A stretch of DNA of 63,932 bases, filler included, from Diploschistes diacapsis (GCA_023645945.1; 29 parts of 29 records of this genome joined end to end with filler, not necessarily neighbours in it), one strand, 5' to 3'; shown: positions 50,370-63,537, numbered from the whole stretch's first letter. Numbers and translations are program-made. The notes: generated by a model from the sequence alone, not told the origin.

Positions 50370-51775
50370 CCACAACCCCAACGCCCACCCCAACCCAGTC
50401 CACAACCTACCCAATCCTCTACCACAACGACTCCTCCTCCCCCACACCTTCTCGGAGCCTCGCTATACGCCAGCGCGATCTCGTGTCCGCATTCGTGTAT
50501 GCGCGGGACGTTTTCTTCGAGACTAAGACCCTCTCAGCCGGAGCAAAAGAGAATAGTCTGCACACTAAAAACAACGACAACAGCGCCGACGACGGCAATA
50601 GTCACACAAGCAACGAAAACAAAGCCAGCCAAGCGCAGGCCATCCTGGCCTCAAGCGCCGTCCTCCTGCTCCTCCATCCGGAGCACCTCACCGCCGCCAA
50701 CGAGCGGAAACGGGCTCTCCTCCGCCTCCACGACCTTCTCCTCCCGCACCGGTCTCCTTCCCCGCCGCCTCCACATGCCGCTTCCCGGACACACAGACGC
50801 CCACCACATGACCTCCCCGTCGAGCAGGACCTCCTCCTGACAACCTCCCTCCTGACCAGCCCTCTCCGGCGGCACGCCAAGAGCCCCACGCTCTGGGCGC
50901 ACCGGCTCTGGCTTCTAACGTACTTCCGCTTCCCCCACATCCTGCCCCCCAGTCCCAGTCCCGAAGCTTCCCCACCACGAGCCACTGCTCCCCCAACCGT
51001 CGATGACTTGGCTATTGATTCCGCTATTGTCGGGGAAGGTCCTCGAAGGCGGAGGAGTCGGAGAAGGTGCTTGGAGGCAGCGCGGGGGCTGTTCGAGCGC
51101 GAGCTGGACGTGCTCCTGCGGGCGGGGGAGCGGCATTTTGCGAACTACTATGCTTTTGCGCACGGGCGCGCCGTGCTGGACGGTGTTGAACGGTGGCTCC
51201 GGCTCCAGCTCCGGCTCCAGCTCCAGCGGGAGCATCCTCCGCAGCCGAAGCCAGAGTCGCCGGAAGCAAAGGCAAAGGGCGAGGGCGAGAGCGAGGACGA
51301 ACGGGTAGAACCGCATCCCGCAGACGAAACCCAGGAGGAGCTGTATGGGGAAGAGGCAGATGGAATGGCGGGGAATGAGAGGGCGGACGACGACGAAGAC
51401 GAGGACGACGACGGCGATGAGGACGACGACGACGAAGAAGAAAACAAGCACCACCGGGACCACAGCGTGCCGGCCTGCCCCCTCCTCCTCCCGCACATCC
51501 TCCGCAGAACACACGCCTGGTGCCTGGCCCACCCGCGCGACATATCGGGCTGGTCGTTTCTGCTGCATCTGCTGCAGCACCGCTGCGGGGCGCCGTGCGC
51601 GTGCCGCGCAGCGGTACGGAAGGGAGCGAGTATGTTTACAAGGAGGCGAACGGGGAGCGGCGGGGAGGATCGGGAGGAGGTGGCGCAAGCCATCGTGCGC
51701 GAGACGAGGGCGTTCCACGAGAGGTTCGGGTGGAAGGGGGAGGGGGTGCGGTGGTTCCTTGAGGCTGTGCGGTAG
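50370..51775 (+). CDS. Protein prenyltransferase alpha-subunit repeat protein (PTAR1/Ecm9-like), 5'-truncated
   Basis: PEHLTAANERKR, HAKSPTLWAHRLWL, AGERHFANYYA and WCLAHPRDISGWSFL motifs. Confidence 0.85.
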
Positions 51776-51908
51776 AGAGGAGGAATGGGNNNNNNNNNNN
51801 NNNNNNNNNNNNNNNNNNNNNNNNNNNNNNNNNTTAATTAATTAANNNNNNNNNNNNNNNNNNNNNNNNNNNNNNNNNNNNNNNNNNNNCCCCCCCACGA
51901 TACGGCTC

Positions 51909-52253
51909 CTAGTCAGTGGTGCGTGCTGCACCCAGCCCATTGATACTCTCAAAGATCCCCTTGAGCTGAGACCGCTGCCTCTCGATCTTGACTTCCAGGG
52001 CCGCAATCTCGAGCTCCTGGGTCTCGATGGTTCGATTTATATCCGGTAGACTCTCGATCACAGTCCTAGCCCGCTGTAATTTCTGCTTGACGTCGAACAC
52101 GGCGGCGGCGAGATCCTTTGGCTGGAGCGCGTTCTTGTCCGTGGGATCAAGCAACAAGCGGGAGACAATGGCATGAATCGAAGGGACAAAGTCAAAGGTT
52201 GAAGCTGGCGGGAGGACTATCGGAGGCTCGGATGTGTTTAGTGACAAGACCAT
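51909..52253 (-). CDS. MED9: Mediator subunit Med9 (Cse2)
   Basis: LPPASTFDFVP, L.PKDL and KLQRAR..IESLPDINRTIETQE.EI..LE motifs. Confidence 0.85.
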   Translation of the reverse strand: MVLSLNTSEPPIVLPPASTFDFVPSIHAIVSRLLLDPTDKNALQPKDLAAAVFDVKQKLQRARTVIESLPDINRTIETQELEIAALEVKIERQRSQLKGIFESINGLGAARTTD

Positions 52254-52948
52254 CGCTGGCGATATCGGTGCGAGTCACGGAAGTATGCACGGAGAGGGCC
52301 CAGATGATGATAGGGCAGGTAAGTTGGCTTCAGTAATGTCTTAAAGAGTATGAGTGCTATCTACAGATGCAGGAGAAGTGATGACCATGAATATTTTAAT
52401 AGACTAGACATAGGTTGCTTTAATATCTCAGATCAGGACCTCGATTGTGTCAACGTTTAATACGCGCCCTGGTTCTGCGTTAATTTGATTTTAATTATGA
52501 AGACGTGGTGTCAAACAAAGACCTCTTGCGATTACGACTTATACGGATGGCCGATTTTTAAAAGTCATTATCATCGTCCGAACTGGAAGAGGTCCGGTAT
52601 CTAAAAGATATCAAACAGAATATAACTTTTCAGAACGCACTTAATATAGCTGAAACAGCCTGGCTACTGCAGAGGTCCAGGGGCTCAGGGATTGAGCCCT
52701 ATAGGACTGTGGGGCTGATGTGGGAGGTATTTGTACTTCCATTTAGTTTGGCCCTGTTTGGTGGTCAGCGTAGAGCTCATCCTACGTAGATTGTACGAGG
52801 TCATATAACATTCTACGCTTCTACTAAACGGCTTTTTTTGTAAAGCTCCTATATAGACGTCGTAAGAACTTTACGACCTTTACGATTATTAAAATCTATA
52901 TAAAGCTTATCGAGACCTTTTAAGATCTCGATAAGTTCTATATATTAA

Positions 52949-53169
52949 TGAAACATCCTGAACGTTTGTGGGTTCAAGGGTTGAACCTTGTAGGGCTGTG
53001 GGGCTGACCTGGGGAAGTATTTATACCTCGCTACTTTCCACCTAGTTAATTTCTTGTTTACCTTTTCGAATCTGAACCATTCAGCCTACAGATGCCCAGT
53101 TACACGTGATCCTTCCGGATCAGGCTCAGCCCCCGATAGTGTAGCACCTATTCCTGTAGGGGCGTTCTA
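52949..53169. mobile_element. Solo LTR family D1 (221 bp)
   Basis: TGAAAC...GTTCTA with TSD ATTAA; reverse-orientation homolog of 12927-13138. Confidence 0.9.
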
Positions 53170-53409
53170 ATTAATTTAAAATAAATCGAAACCTTATCGC
53201 CGCCGTCTCCGTTATTTATTTTCTTTTTTATTTTAATTAGAATAAACGATTTTTGATTTAAATATCGCGAAAATGACGATAAAATAATCGTTATTTTATT
53301 CGTTAATAANNNNNNNNNNNNNNNNNNNNNNNNNNNNNNNNNNNNNNNNNNNNTTAATTAATTAANNNNNNNNNNNNNNNNNNNNNNNNNNNNNNNNNNN
53401 NNNNNNNNN

Positions 53410-53864
53410 TAATCAGACGTTACGAGCCGTTCTAGAACTAATTAGTCCGATTCGATGCTATTCGAGTCGAGTAACCCGTATGCTTAAATCGACGTATACT
53501 AAGCTCACAACGCTTCGTAAAGAAAACCGAGAATAAAAAACGCTTCTTAAGACTCGTAAGAAACGTAAATCAAGTAAACGAATTAAATTAAAAGGTCGTT
53601 TTATGTTTAGCACAGACGAAGTTCTTAAGATAGCAGCTCGGGTTAAATCGAGTCGGACAGTTTTAAAACGACCTGCAACGCGCAAAAAACGTCGTCGCAT
53701 TTCTGAAATCGAAGAGGATGAAGAGGAAGACGATAGATTCGATTTAGATCGATTAGATTCTGATTGCGACGAACAGGTTGTATTTAAAAACCGTAGAATG
53801 TTGGCGGTAGTGATTTGAGGTGGCCAGATTCTAGGGGTGGCCGGATGCACCGTCAAACACGTTA
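53410..53864 (+). mobile_element. pogo/Fot1 transposase C-terminus and TIR (least mutated copy)
   Basis: KRIKLKGRFMFSTDEVLKIA..., acidic tail, TIR ...GTCAAACACGT-TA. Confidence 0.88.
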
Positions 53865-54129
53865 TCGAAGCCTTAAGCTTTACAGTAAAAAAAAGAAAAC
53901 AAAATATGGTGTTATGATTTTAAAAAGGAATTAAAGGAATATAAAGAAAAGGCTATAAAACAGAATAAAGAAATAAATAAGGAATATCATTCTTCTTTTT
54001 TTTCATATCGTTTATAAGCTAATTAAAAAGATTATTCACGGACTATCGCGTCTTTCTTTCTTTCGTGATTAGCTTATAAATCCTTTCACGTATTAGTATT
54101 ATTAGGGACCTCTAGAGGCCACTATTTGA

Positions 54130-54500
54130 ATAATATGGAAGAAATATATCGTGATCTTAGGCCTGAGATCTTATTAGAGACAGGTAATCAGCCCGATGTT
54201 GTACCTTCGGAAGGAAGCGAGCAATCAGGAACGTTTATTTAAGGAGAATCGCTGCCACCGAATGAACCGCTTACGGATGTATGGCCAGAATTACTTCTAA
54301 TATAGACCCAGAATGTTTTAATATCGACGACGAGTATAATTAATCTTCTTTATTACTATCTCGCTTCTAAGCTAGGTATAACGGGAGTTCCTTTCTTCAT
54401 TAATAAGGATGTGTTTGAGTTTATTATTCAATAAGAAAGATTCTGTCGGAAGTATTTTATAACGGTAATAGATTTCTTTGTCCGCCTATTTAATTATAGT
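54130..54500 (+). mobile_element. Retrotransposon gag N-terminal fragment (tentative)
   Basis: GVPFFINKDVFEFII..ERFCRKY. Confidence 0.5.
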
Positions 54501-54505
54501 AAAAA

Positions 54506-54829
54506 TGTTTGGCAACGTAATGGATATATTGAAGTCTAGAGGTCTTTTTTAGGAGGTTATCCTACTTTACAGACTTTTATCCTCGTGGGATACGTTAAGT
54601 TTTATTACCTACACTATTACTTAATCGATCTAGTTAGAATTCCAAAAGGTTTAACTAAACTAAACCTCAGAGTTCAACTGAACTGAACCTTCTTCTAAAA
54701 TTTAGTTGAATTTTCAGCTATATCTTCTACTTATTTATTCAATATTGTCCTATAGACGGAATTATCCGATATATCTATATAGTTTAACTGGATATCTTTT
54801 AAACTAGACCGAGTTTTTTAATAAAGACG
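54506..54829 (+). repeat. Dispersed repeat starting TGTTTGGCAACG (LTR-like family F); second copy 59028-59384
   Basis: Two copies share TGTTTGGCAACGTAATGGATATATTGAAGTCTAGAGGTCT and downstream sequence. Confidence 0.7.
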
Positions 54830-55329
54830 NNNNNNNNNNNNNNNNNNNNNNNNNNNNNNNNNNNNNNNNNNNNTTAATTAATTAANNNNNNNNNNNNNNN
54901 NNNNNNNNNNNNNNNNNNNNNNNNNNNNNGTTATATTATATGCATTAAAACCTAAGCAGCTGGATTATACGCTGCGATACTCAATTTCGATAAATAAAAG
55001 GCGAAGACGATGATAAAGAAAAGACGGATAACGAAGATTTATTAATTATAGATTTATAATTAGCACGTAATTGAAATTATTAAAACAGAAATTAATTCGT
55101 ATGAATAAATACGACAAACATAACTACCGGGCTCGCACGGCAAATCTCCAAGTCCAGTAAACGGATAATAGATAAGCGACGCAGTAGTTATTAATTAACT
55201 CCTTTATTTTTAATTTGTTGTAGGACTATTCGTTAATCTCGTTAATATCGTCGATTAATTCGTGATTAACTTTTATTTTATTTTCTATTTATTATTTTCC
55301 ATCCTTCTATCACCATTCGAAAAACGTCT

Positions 55330-56348
55330 ATTTCCGCTTATTTAATCCTTTTTCATAAATATCTTCCTAATTCTTCCATTCTTTCTTCATATCTTTCTTC
55401 CTTCATCCGTTCCTTTAATCCCTTTCGATATTTTTTCCAACCGTAACCCATCGTTACGATCTTTATTACCATATTTTTTAATTAACATCTTCCTTTCTTA
55501 TCCTTTTCGAACAATTTTCTTTAATTTTTATCTTTTTTTTCTTTCTATTTATTGTACCATTCGTACGGCATTAAATATCGATAACATTTCCTATATTTTT
55601 TTAATCCTTACCTTCTCTTAATCCATTTCTTAATTTCTTTATACCGTTATTTATTCTTCTATACCTCTTCCTTCTTATATTTATATAATAAATATTTTTC
55701 CCCGCCTTTTTCCGTTTCGTATTCTAAATAATATACATATTTATTTATTATTTCTTTTAATTCTTTCCGTATCGTTTTACTTAATTTTATTTCTTTTCGT
55801 ATCTATTTTTTCGTCTTATCCGTTATTCTTTTATTCGATAACATCTTTTATTCTTTTTCTTTTTCTTCCTTTTCCTTCTCTTTTTCTTTTTTCTTATCTT
55901 TATTCTTATTCTTTTTTAATTTTAATTTTAACTTTGATCCTCTTCTTTCTTCTTTTTCTTCCTTTTCTTTTTTTTATCTTCTTATGCAGTCTTAATATCT
56001 TTCTTTTCCTTCTTTATACCTTTCTCGGTCTATCTTATCGTTTAAATACTCGTTTATTATCTTCCGTTAGCACCCTGTTTCCAAAAATTCTCTAACTTTC
56101 GCTCGCTCCTTCTTATCCGCTTCTCCCTCTTCCCTTCTTTCTTCCTTTCCTTCCGCCTTTTTTTTCTTAATCCTGTCTTTTATTACTATTGCCTCGCTGC
56201 TCCCTTCGTCCCGACCCCCCCTACCGTTTTCTTACGCGTATTCTAATATTTCTTTCGGCTCGTTCGCGTATATTATTATTTTAATTTTTGTTATATCGAT
56301 TCTTATCCCGAACGCGCTCGTCGCTATTATTACTTATTTTTATTTTTT
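55330..56348 (-). pseudogene. RecQ-family (telomere-linked helicase-like) relic, RIP-mutated
   Basis: VIIATSAFGIRID..IIIYANEP..LEYA*ENGRGGRD (motifs V/VI), GC*RKIINEYLND, and distal CYRYLMPYEWY. Confidence 0.8.
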
Positions 56349-56448
56349 NNNNNNNNNNNNNNNNNNNNNNNNNNNNNNNNNNNNNNNNNNNNTTAATTAA
56401 TTAANNNNNNNNNNNNNNNNNNNNNNNNNNNNNNNNNNNNNNNNNNNN

Positions 56449-57235
56449 GTATTATATTCTTTAAATTCGAGTTTATTTTATTAATAACGTATACCGCCGC
56501 GTTTTATTCCGTAATATTCACGGAATTCATCCGTATCTTATACGTTATTATTATAAATTCTTTTCGTATTACTTTCGCCTTTCGTTCGAGCATCGTTATC
56601 TATTCTTCTATTTTCTCGATTTCGTTTTTTACTTCTTTCTAATCTATTATAAATCTTACGTCCCCGCTAAGGAGCCGTCGGGTTATAATAATATTCTTTA
56701 TTTCAATTTTCTTCGCGTCCGTTATTAACTCGGGTCCATTCCGTTGCTTTCTCGCTTATATCTTATCTCTTAGCCGAATTATGACTTTCCTAGTCGTTCT
56801 TTTTAATATCTTCATTACCTTATTCTTTCTCTCGGGGGTAGAACCTACCACTTGGGCCCAGCTTTTATTCCCGATATTACTACGGTTGCTTTTTTATTTT
56901 TCTATAGTTTCTTATATCGCTTTTATACCTTCTTTAATCGTGTTCAATCTTTCTTTTAATTTTAACGCGTTTTTTTACGATTAGATTCCGGCGCGCCGAC
57001 ACCGTTTCCGCGTATCGCTTCCGTTATTATAATCTAAAATTATATTAATCTTTCGTTTTATCTTACTTTCACGTATATCCCGATTACTTATATTACATCT
57101 TTTAATTTATCTTTCGCGTTCGAGCTTCCCGCCGGCCCGCATGCGCGGTCCTGCTAGAAATAAAACGCGTCACGACGCAACTCTCCTCCTCCTCGTTGCG
57201 TCGTTGCCATCTCTCCGTTGTTGCCTTAGGGGCAA
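56449..57235 (-). mobile_element. Tad1-like LINE 5' end (ORF1), RIP-mutated
   Basis: KSWAQVV...RKVIIR...TRRLLSGDV, resembling fungal LINE ORF1; GC-rich 5' UTR. Confidence 0.7.
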
Positions 57236-57369
57236 TTAGTAATATTATATATATCTATATATCATATATCGCCAAAGGGTCCGATCTTTTTTTGTCGAGG
57301 TAGATTATTATTTATAAACAATTAATAAAGCTAAGATGAATTAAGTTTGTTTCGCGATTTAGTTTTTTT

Positions 57370-57560
57370 AACTGACATTTCTGATATTTCTTGCAGATTT
57401 GTTTGGTATTTATATATATTTTGTTTCATTAATATCGCTAAATTATTATCTTTTAGGTGGTATTATAGCTTCGATGGCTAGATTAAAAATGCATTTCCTT
57501 TAAGATGTGTATTTTTTCGTCGGGATCATCGATCACTTTTCTCGTTGTTTATAGGTGGCG
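57370..57560 (-). mobile_element. Gypsy integrase HHCC zinc-binding fragment
   Basis: ILKEMHF*SSHRSY..RY**NKIY..QICKKYQKCQ. Confidence 0.7.
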
Positions 57561-57966
57561 GCCGCGTCTAAAAAGTTTTTTATGTTGGACTAGATACTGA
57601 ATGGTTTGGCGTTTCAAATTCTTAAAGTCGGTATTAGATATTTTAAGTGATTTCTGTAATAAAGTTAGGTATTTTGTTATTTTTCGATGTTTATTAGTAT
57701 AATATGAATCAAAATTTAAAGTTATAAACAGGATTCTTTCTATACTGGGATCATTAGCCCCTAGGGTCTCTTATTCAGATCTGTCCGGATCATTCCGGGA
57801 TGAAGGTTCGGTATAACCCGTATGATTTTGGGCGTAAATCCGATAACGAATCCCGAAGGATTGTTTNNNNNNNNNNNNNNNNNNNNNNNNNNNNNNNNNN
57901 NNNNNNNNNNTTAATTAATTAANNNNNNNNNNNNNNNNNNNNNNNNNNNNNNNNNNNNNNNNNNNN

Positions 57967-58145
57967 AATAAATAGAATTATCGTTCTTTCTTTTTATTTA
58001 TTATTAGGTAGAATGGCTTTTTAGACCTTTTATTCATCACGTGACCTGTATTAACCTAACTGGACTATATATAAGGAGCGGTTGGGGAGTGCCCGACTAG
58101 CTGTTGCGTGCCAAGTACTACCGACTAGTACCTTGGATCGTAACA
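57967..58145 (-). mobile_element. LTR family A fragment
   Basis: Ends GGATCGTAACA. Confidence 0.85.
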
Positions 58146-60265
58146 AATATTTTCTTGATGGAAATCTTTTCGAGATTCTTCCGATCAAGTTCAGTTTTAG
58201 GTTTAATTTCAGCGAGCTATTTTTCGTGAGTTTAATTATTTTAGTTTAAGTAAATACCGTATCGTGATATTCTTTAAGTTAGTTTAGTTTTAGTTTTAGA
58301 TTTATTTCTTGGAGGTCTCTTCGAGTTCCTTCCGTATAGTTTAGTTTCGTGGGTTAAATGTTTTTATATTTTTTAAATGGTAAGGAACGCGATAGTAATC
58401 TTACTATAACGTGCGATAATAATTACCTATAAAAAATTAAGTTCCCGTGAGAATATATTTTTATTAAATAAAACTACTGTAAAGAAGCAAAGTTAAATTA
58501 TCGCGATCTCGTAGATTAAATAATGTGGTGACTGGGAAGCGTTAGTCCCGTTATTAACTAGATCAATCCTAGCGTGTCAACGACGCGCCAATAATATGTC
58601 AATAACGCGCCAACAATGTTTCTAATTCGTCACAGGAACCTCGGATCGTAACATCGAGCGTCTAGCATTTTCAAGTATTCTATATTAAAGTCTTTCAATC
58701 TTTCTATATTTTAACATCGACGTTATCGAATTTCAGTTATAATCTTCAGAACTTTCATTATGATTATTATAAAACGTAATATATTATAATGGTTTATAAA
58801 GGGTCTTAAAACGATCGATAATATCGTCATATTAATTTTCGCAAGATTTTATCTCGATTAATAGTAGAAGCTAAAAATTAAATCTTTTTATATTGAATTT
58901 AAGTTTGTTATTATTTTTTCATATCGTTAGTCATCGGTTAATTAAGGATAGCGATTTTCCGTTTAAGTTATAATTTTATAATTTAAATTATTTATATTCG
59001 GGAGTTCATGGCTTAAAATTATCGATACTGTTTGGCAACGTAATGGATATATTGAAGTCTAGAGGTCTTATCTTAGGAAGTAATCCTACTATGCAGACTT
59101 TTATATCCACGGGACTCGCTAAGCTTATTACCCATATTATATCTGATCGGTTTAATCAAGATTCCATCGGATTCTATAAGGTTCAGCTAAATTAAATTAA
59201 ACTAAAATTCCCGGGTTCTTTTAATAAATCTTTTGAAATGAGCCGAGTTTACAGCCATGCCTTCCGTCTAGTTGTTTAATATTCCTCTATAAACGGAGTT
59301 ATTAAGTATATTAATTTAACTAGATATCCTTAGATTAAAACCGATTGTCTTTAAAAGACATTATATTTTCGAATAATATAATAGNNNNNNNNNNNNNNNN
59401 NNNNNNNNNNNNNNNNNNNNNNNNNNNNTTAATTAATTAANNNNNNNNNNNNNNNNNNNNNNNNNNNNNNNNNNNNNNNNNNNNGTATTAATATCAATGT
59501 TTTAAAATTTTTAATTATAGTGTCCGTATCCGTGTTTTTATTATAATATAATGTCCGGGTGAGTGTCCGTGTCGAAAAATTTTTTATTATAGTATCCGTA
59601 TCCGTGCATTCACCGAAATACTTTAAATTATTTTTTTAATTTTAATAATTTTAGAATTATTACGTCTATTTCTCACGCTTTTATTTTTTTAAAAAAATTT
59701 TACTGCGGTGTTTCGATGGATTCACCGTAGTATTTCGGTGGATTCACGGAAATGTAATGTTCGTGTTAATATTAATGTTTTAAAATTTTTAATTATAGTG
59801 TCCGTGTCCGTGTTTTTACTGTAGTGTAGTGTCCGTGTTAGTGTCCGTGTTTTAAAATTTTAGCTGTCGTGTCCGTGTCAGTGTCCGTGTTTTGAAAATT
59901 TTTGCTGCAGTGTCCGTGTCAGTGACCGTGGCACGAAACGGCCAGCCTAATCTAAAACACTAATTCTGACACCACGGTATCCGTGTCACGGACACCGGCA
60001 GTGTCAGTGTCAGTAACGGCCTGCCTAATTCTAAATTTAATAAATATCGATATCTATAGACCGTTCTTAAGGTTATTTAATAATAACTAGTATTTTATGG
60101 AAATAGTAAATAATTTAATAGACTATATCCGTGTCTAAGGATTAAAATGTTTTAGCTACGTGAATCCGGAATTATTATTTGAACAATAAGATAAGTTAAT
60201 AAATAGGATAAGACTAGGGATAAGGATTGAATATATTAATATCGATAAACAGTATAAGATTTAGG

Positions 60266-60902
60266 TAACGTGTTTCACGGGGATTCCGGCCACCCCGAGA
60301 TTCCGGTTACCTCAAATCACTACCGCCAACATTCTACGGTTTTTAGATATAACCTATTCGTCGCAATTAGAATCTAATCGATCTAAATCGAATCTATCTT
60401 CTTCCTCTTTATCCTTCTCGATTTTAAAAACGCGACGACGTTTTTTACGCGTTACAGATCGTTTCGAAACTGTTCGACTCGATTTAACTAGAATTATTAT
60501 CTTAAAAACTTCGTCTGTATTAAATATAAAACGAAATTTTAATTCGATTCGTTTACTTAATTTATATTTCTTACGATTATTAAGAAACGTTTTTTATTCT
60601 CGGTTTTCTTTACGAAGCGTTATAAATTTAATATACGTCGATTTAAGTATACGAGTTATTCGATTCGAATAACGTCGAATCGGATTAATTAGTTCTAAAC
60701 CGATTCGCAACGTTTAATTAAACTTTTTATTAATCTTTCGCAATTCGGTCGCATTTGATAGAGAATTATATAATAAAAATAAATCTAAATCGAATTGATT
60801 CGATGTTAAAAAAGGGCTATAAAATGAAAATAAAAGGATCCGATAAATCGAATAAAGTTTATTAAACACGGTTATAAAATTAATAAACTATAATTCAGTA
60901 TT
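60266..60902 (-). mobile_element. pogo/Fot1 3' end
   Basis: Near-identical to 40303-40930. Confidence 0.88.
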
Positions 60903-61216
60903 NNNNNNNNNNNNNNNNNNNNNNNNNNNNNNNNNNNNNNNNNNNNTTAATTAATTAANNNNNNNNNNNNNNNNNNNNNNNNNNNNNNNNNNNNNNNNNN
61001 NNATTATGTTCTAGAATATTCTAGAACCTTCCAGAATACTCGAACATGCTAGAAGCTTAGTAAGCAATCTGACAAACCTATGTAGGTTAGTTTTCTGTCA
61101 AATAAATTTCTAATTCGGGTTAAAACTATTAATCTACGAATTAAATTACGAACCGAGATTAACGCGAAGAATAAACTTCGGAAATAAACTTAATTACGAA
61201 AAAAGAAGCTCGCGTG

Positions 61217-62417
61217 ATGGTAAAAACGAGGAAAGTAAAAGGAAAGAAAGATAATACCAATAGACATAAATTTAATCTTATCGGCGCTGTCGACGGCGAC
61301 GAGGGAAAAATTAAGAAAAAAATTGACGTTTAAAGCATCTACAGCCTCAGACGCATGTATAAATAAATTTATAAATCAATAAATATTATTTTTATAGAGA
61401 TATTATAAAATATATTTATATAATAGATCAAATAAAGAAAATTCGATGAAAAGAAACATCGAACGATAGGGCTGTACGTCGACAGCGTTTCTAGAATAAC
61501 ACCAAATCTTAAAAAAAGCTCGCCTTTTTTTGATATTATTATACTTATAGATTTCGTTCGTTTCCATACCGTTATCGATAATAGAAAAATCCACGATAAC
61601 GATTTAATGACCGTCGATTCATCGAATTCTTTTTATAAATTAATTTTTCGCTAAATTCGCCCGAGTTACCGGCATATAAATCGACGAACAGAATAAAAAG
61701 GAAATATATCAAATATCTACTAGCCGATCTATTTCTATGGCTAATGTATCTCGCCGTAGTTAATTAGAACGGTATTAGTTAACGAGGGAATAATTGTAAA
61801 TAAAAGAAAAAAGAAGAATCTATATAATAAGACCGAGTTAATCTAATTTAATAAAATATTTTAAACTATCGACGACGCTATCTTCGTATATTTACGCAAT
61901 AAAATTCAAATATCCTTTATAATTTCAATATTCTATTAAATGGGAATTAGAATAAATACATTTTTCCCTAATTCCAGCAATAAAGAATGTGGAGGACTTC
62001 GGTATAAGACATATTTTAAATTAATAACGATAGGAAAGACGTTCATTTATTAATAATAAAATATCGAGATTATATTAAAACGTAGATCTAGCGGTGGATG
62101 AAAAGCGATATATCGTTTTGATTAACGTTGGGTGAAAAACAACCGCGATTCGAAAAATACTACGTACAAAGCGTCTATTAATTAATAAGATATACCGTTA
62201 TTTAATAATACGCAGTTTCTTCTCGTTATGGTTTTCGTAAATAAAACGCTGTTTAAAATCGATTCGGTATAATAATTAAACGATTAATAAATTTCTGAAA
62301 ACGATAACGAGTTTTTTTTTCGATAAAACGATTCGGTATTTATTCGTTTATTTTACGAAATATTACGATATAGAACGACGTGTTAAAAGAATTTTGTTTA
62401 AAAAAAGAGTCGATCGT
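61217..62417 (+). pseudogene. DUF3435 tyrosine recombinase (Starship captain-type) relic, 3'-truncated
   Basis: DFVRFH..TVDS..FFAKFARVTG; EGIIVNKRKKK; IDDAIFVY.R.KIQ; GLRYK..IEIILKR..G*KAIYRFD*RWVKNNRD; FLVMVFVN..LF. Family recognised from recalled motifs only. Confidence 0.7.
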
Positions 62418-62517
62418 NNNNNNNNNNNNNNNNNNNNNNNNNNNNNNNNNNNNNNNNNNNNTTAATTAATTAANNNNNNNNNNNNNNNNNNNNNNNNNNN
62501 NNNNNNNNNNNNNNNNN

Positions 62518-63244
62518 ACCTCCCACACAGCTCTCTCCACTGCGCGAACTGCGCCTGATAGCCACGCTAGCCCTGAGAATAATGTTTACCGAACCCATCG
62601 TCACATTCCTCGCCCTCTACAACTCCTTCGCCTACGGTTTATTGTTCCTCTACCTCGACGGCGTCTACAACGTGTTCACCATCAACAACGGCCTCTCCCC
62701 CCTCTCCGCAGACCTGACCTACCTGAACCTTGCCGTGGGCGTCACCTTCACCTTCCTCTTCATCCCCGTCCAAACATACCTGTACAAGCGCGACCGCCAG
62801 AAGCGCCAAGCCCACGGCAAGCTGCCCCGGCCCGAAGCCCGGTTCCTGACCAGCCTCGTCTGCGTCTGGCTCTTCCCCATCAGCCTATTCTGGTTCGCGT
62901 TCACGTCCTCGGGCCCGCCGTCGGACCCAGGCTACTGGCCGCCCATCGTGGCCGGCGCCGTGCTCGGCTTCGCCAACCCGCTGCTGTACCTGAGCATGCT
63001 GAACTACCTGACGGACTCGTACCCGCACGTAGCGGCCAGCGCGGTCGCGGCGTTCCTGATCCCGAGCTTCCTCGGCGCGGCGGGGTTCGCGCACGTGGGC
63101 GTGGTGATGTTCACGAATATGAACACCACGTGGGCGGTTGCGACGCTGGGGTTCGTGAGTTTGGGGTTAGTAGGGCTGGTTTATGTTGTTTTCTTCTTGG
63201 GGGAGAGGTTGAGGGGGTGGAGTAGGTTGGCGGCGAAGAGGTAG
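62518..63244 (+). CDS. MFS transporter (DHA1-like), C-terminal half
   Basis: MFTEPIV..LYNSFAYGLLF, PEARF, NYLTDSY..AASA motifs. Confidence 0.9.
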
Positions 63245-63505
63245 AGGCAGAGGTAGGGGTTGTGGGGAGGTGGCGTTGATTGTATGAGGGGAGAAGGGGG
63301 CAGCAGGAAGCTGTAAGGGTAGGGAACAGAGGGGCTGATTGAGGATTGGATTGGAATAGGAGGATTGGCCGGGACATGAAACGGACGATTTAACTAATAG
63401 TCAAAGAGAAAGACCCGGGCCGCTAGTTAAGTAAATATCGACTGCGAGCCGAAGAAAGAAGAAAAAACATGCTTCTAATCAAAAAACGCAAAAAACAAAC
63501 AAACA

Positions 63506-63537
63506 AACCACACCACACCACACCACACCACACCACA
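63506..63537. repeat. (ACCAC)n microsatellite
   Basis: Direct reading. Confidence 0.85.

Noticed and set aside
50499..51845. Many overlapping ORFs on both strands
   Set aside because: Shadow frames of one very GC-rich prenyltransferase-repeat gene.
52651..52810. Additional solo LTR starting TGAAACAGCC
   Set aside because: Partial similarity to D-family LTRs but no TSD and no second copy in the window.
54930..62417. RecQ relic and DUF3435 relic as parts of one Starship
   Set aside because: They lie on different contigs separated by linkers; no physical linkage can be inferred.
1430..62517. Regularly spaced TTAATTAATTAA units as a biological repeat or array
   Set aside because: Always embedded in N runs at fixed length; an assembly concatenation linker.
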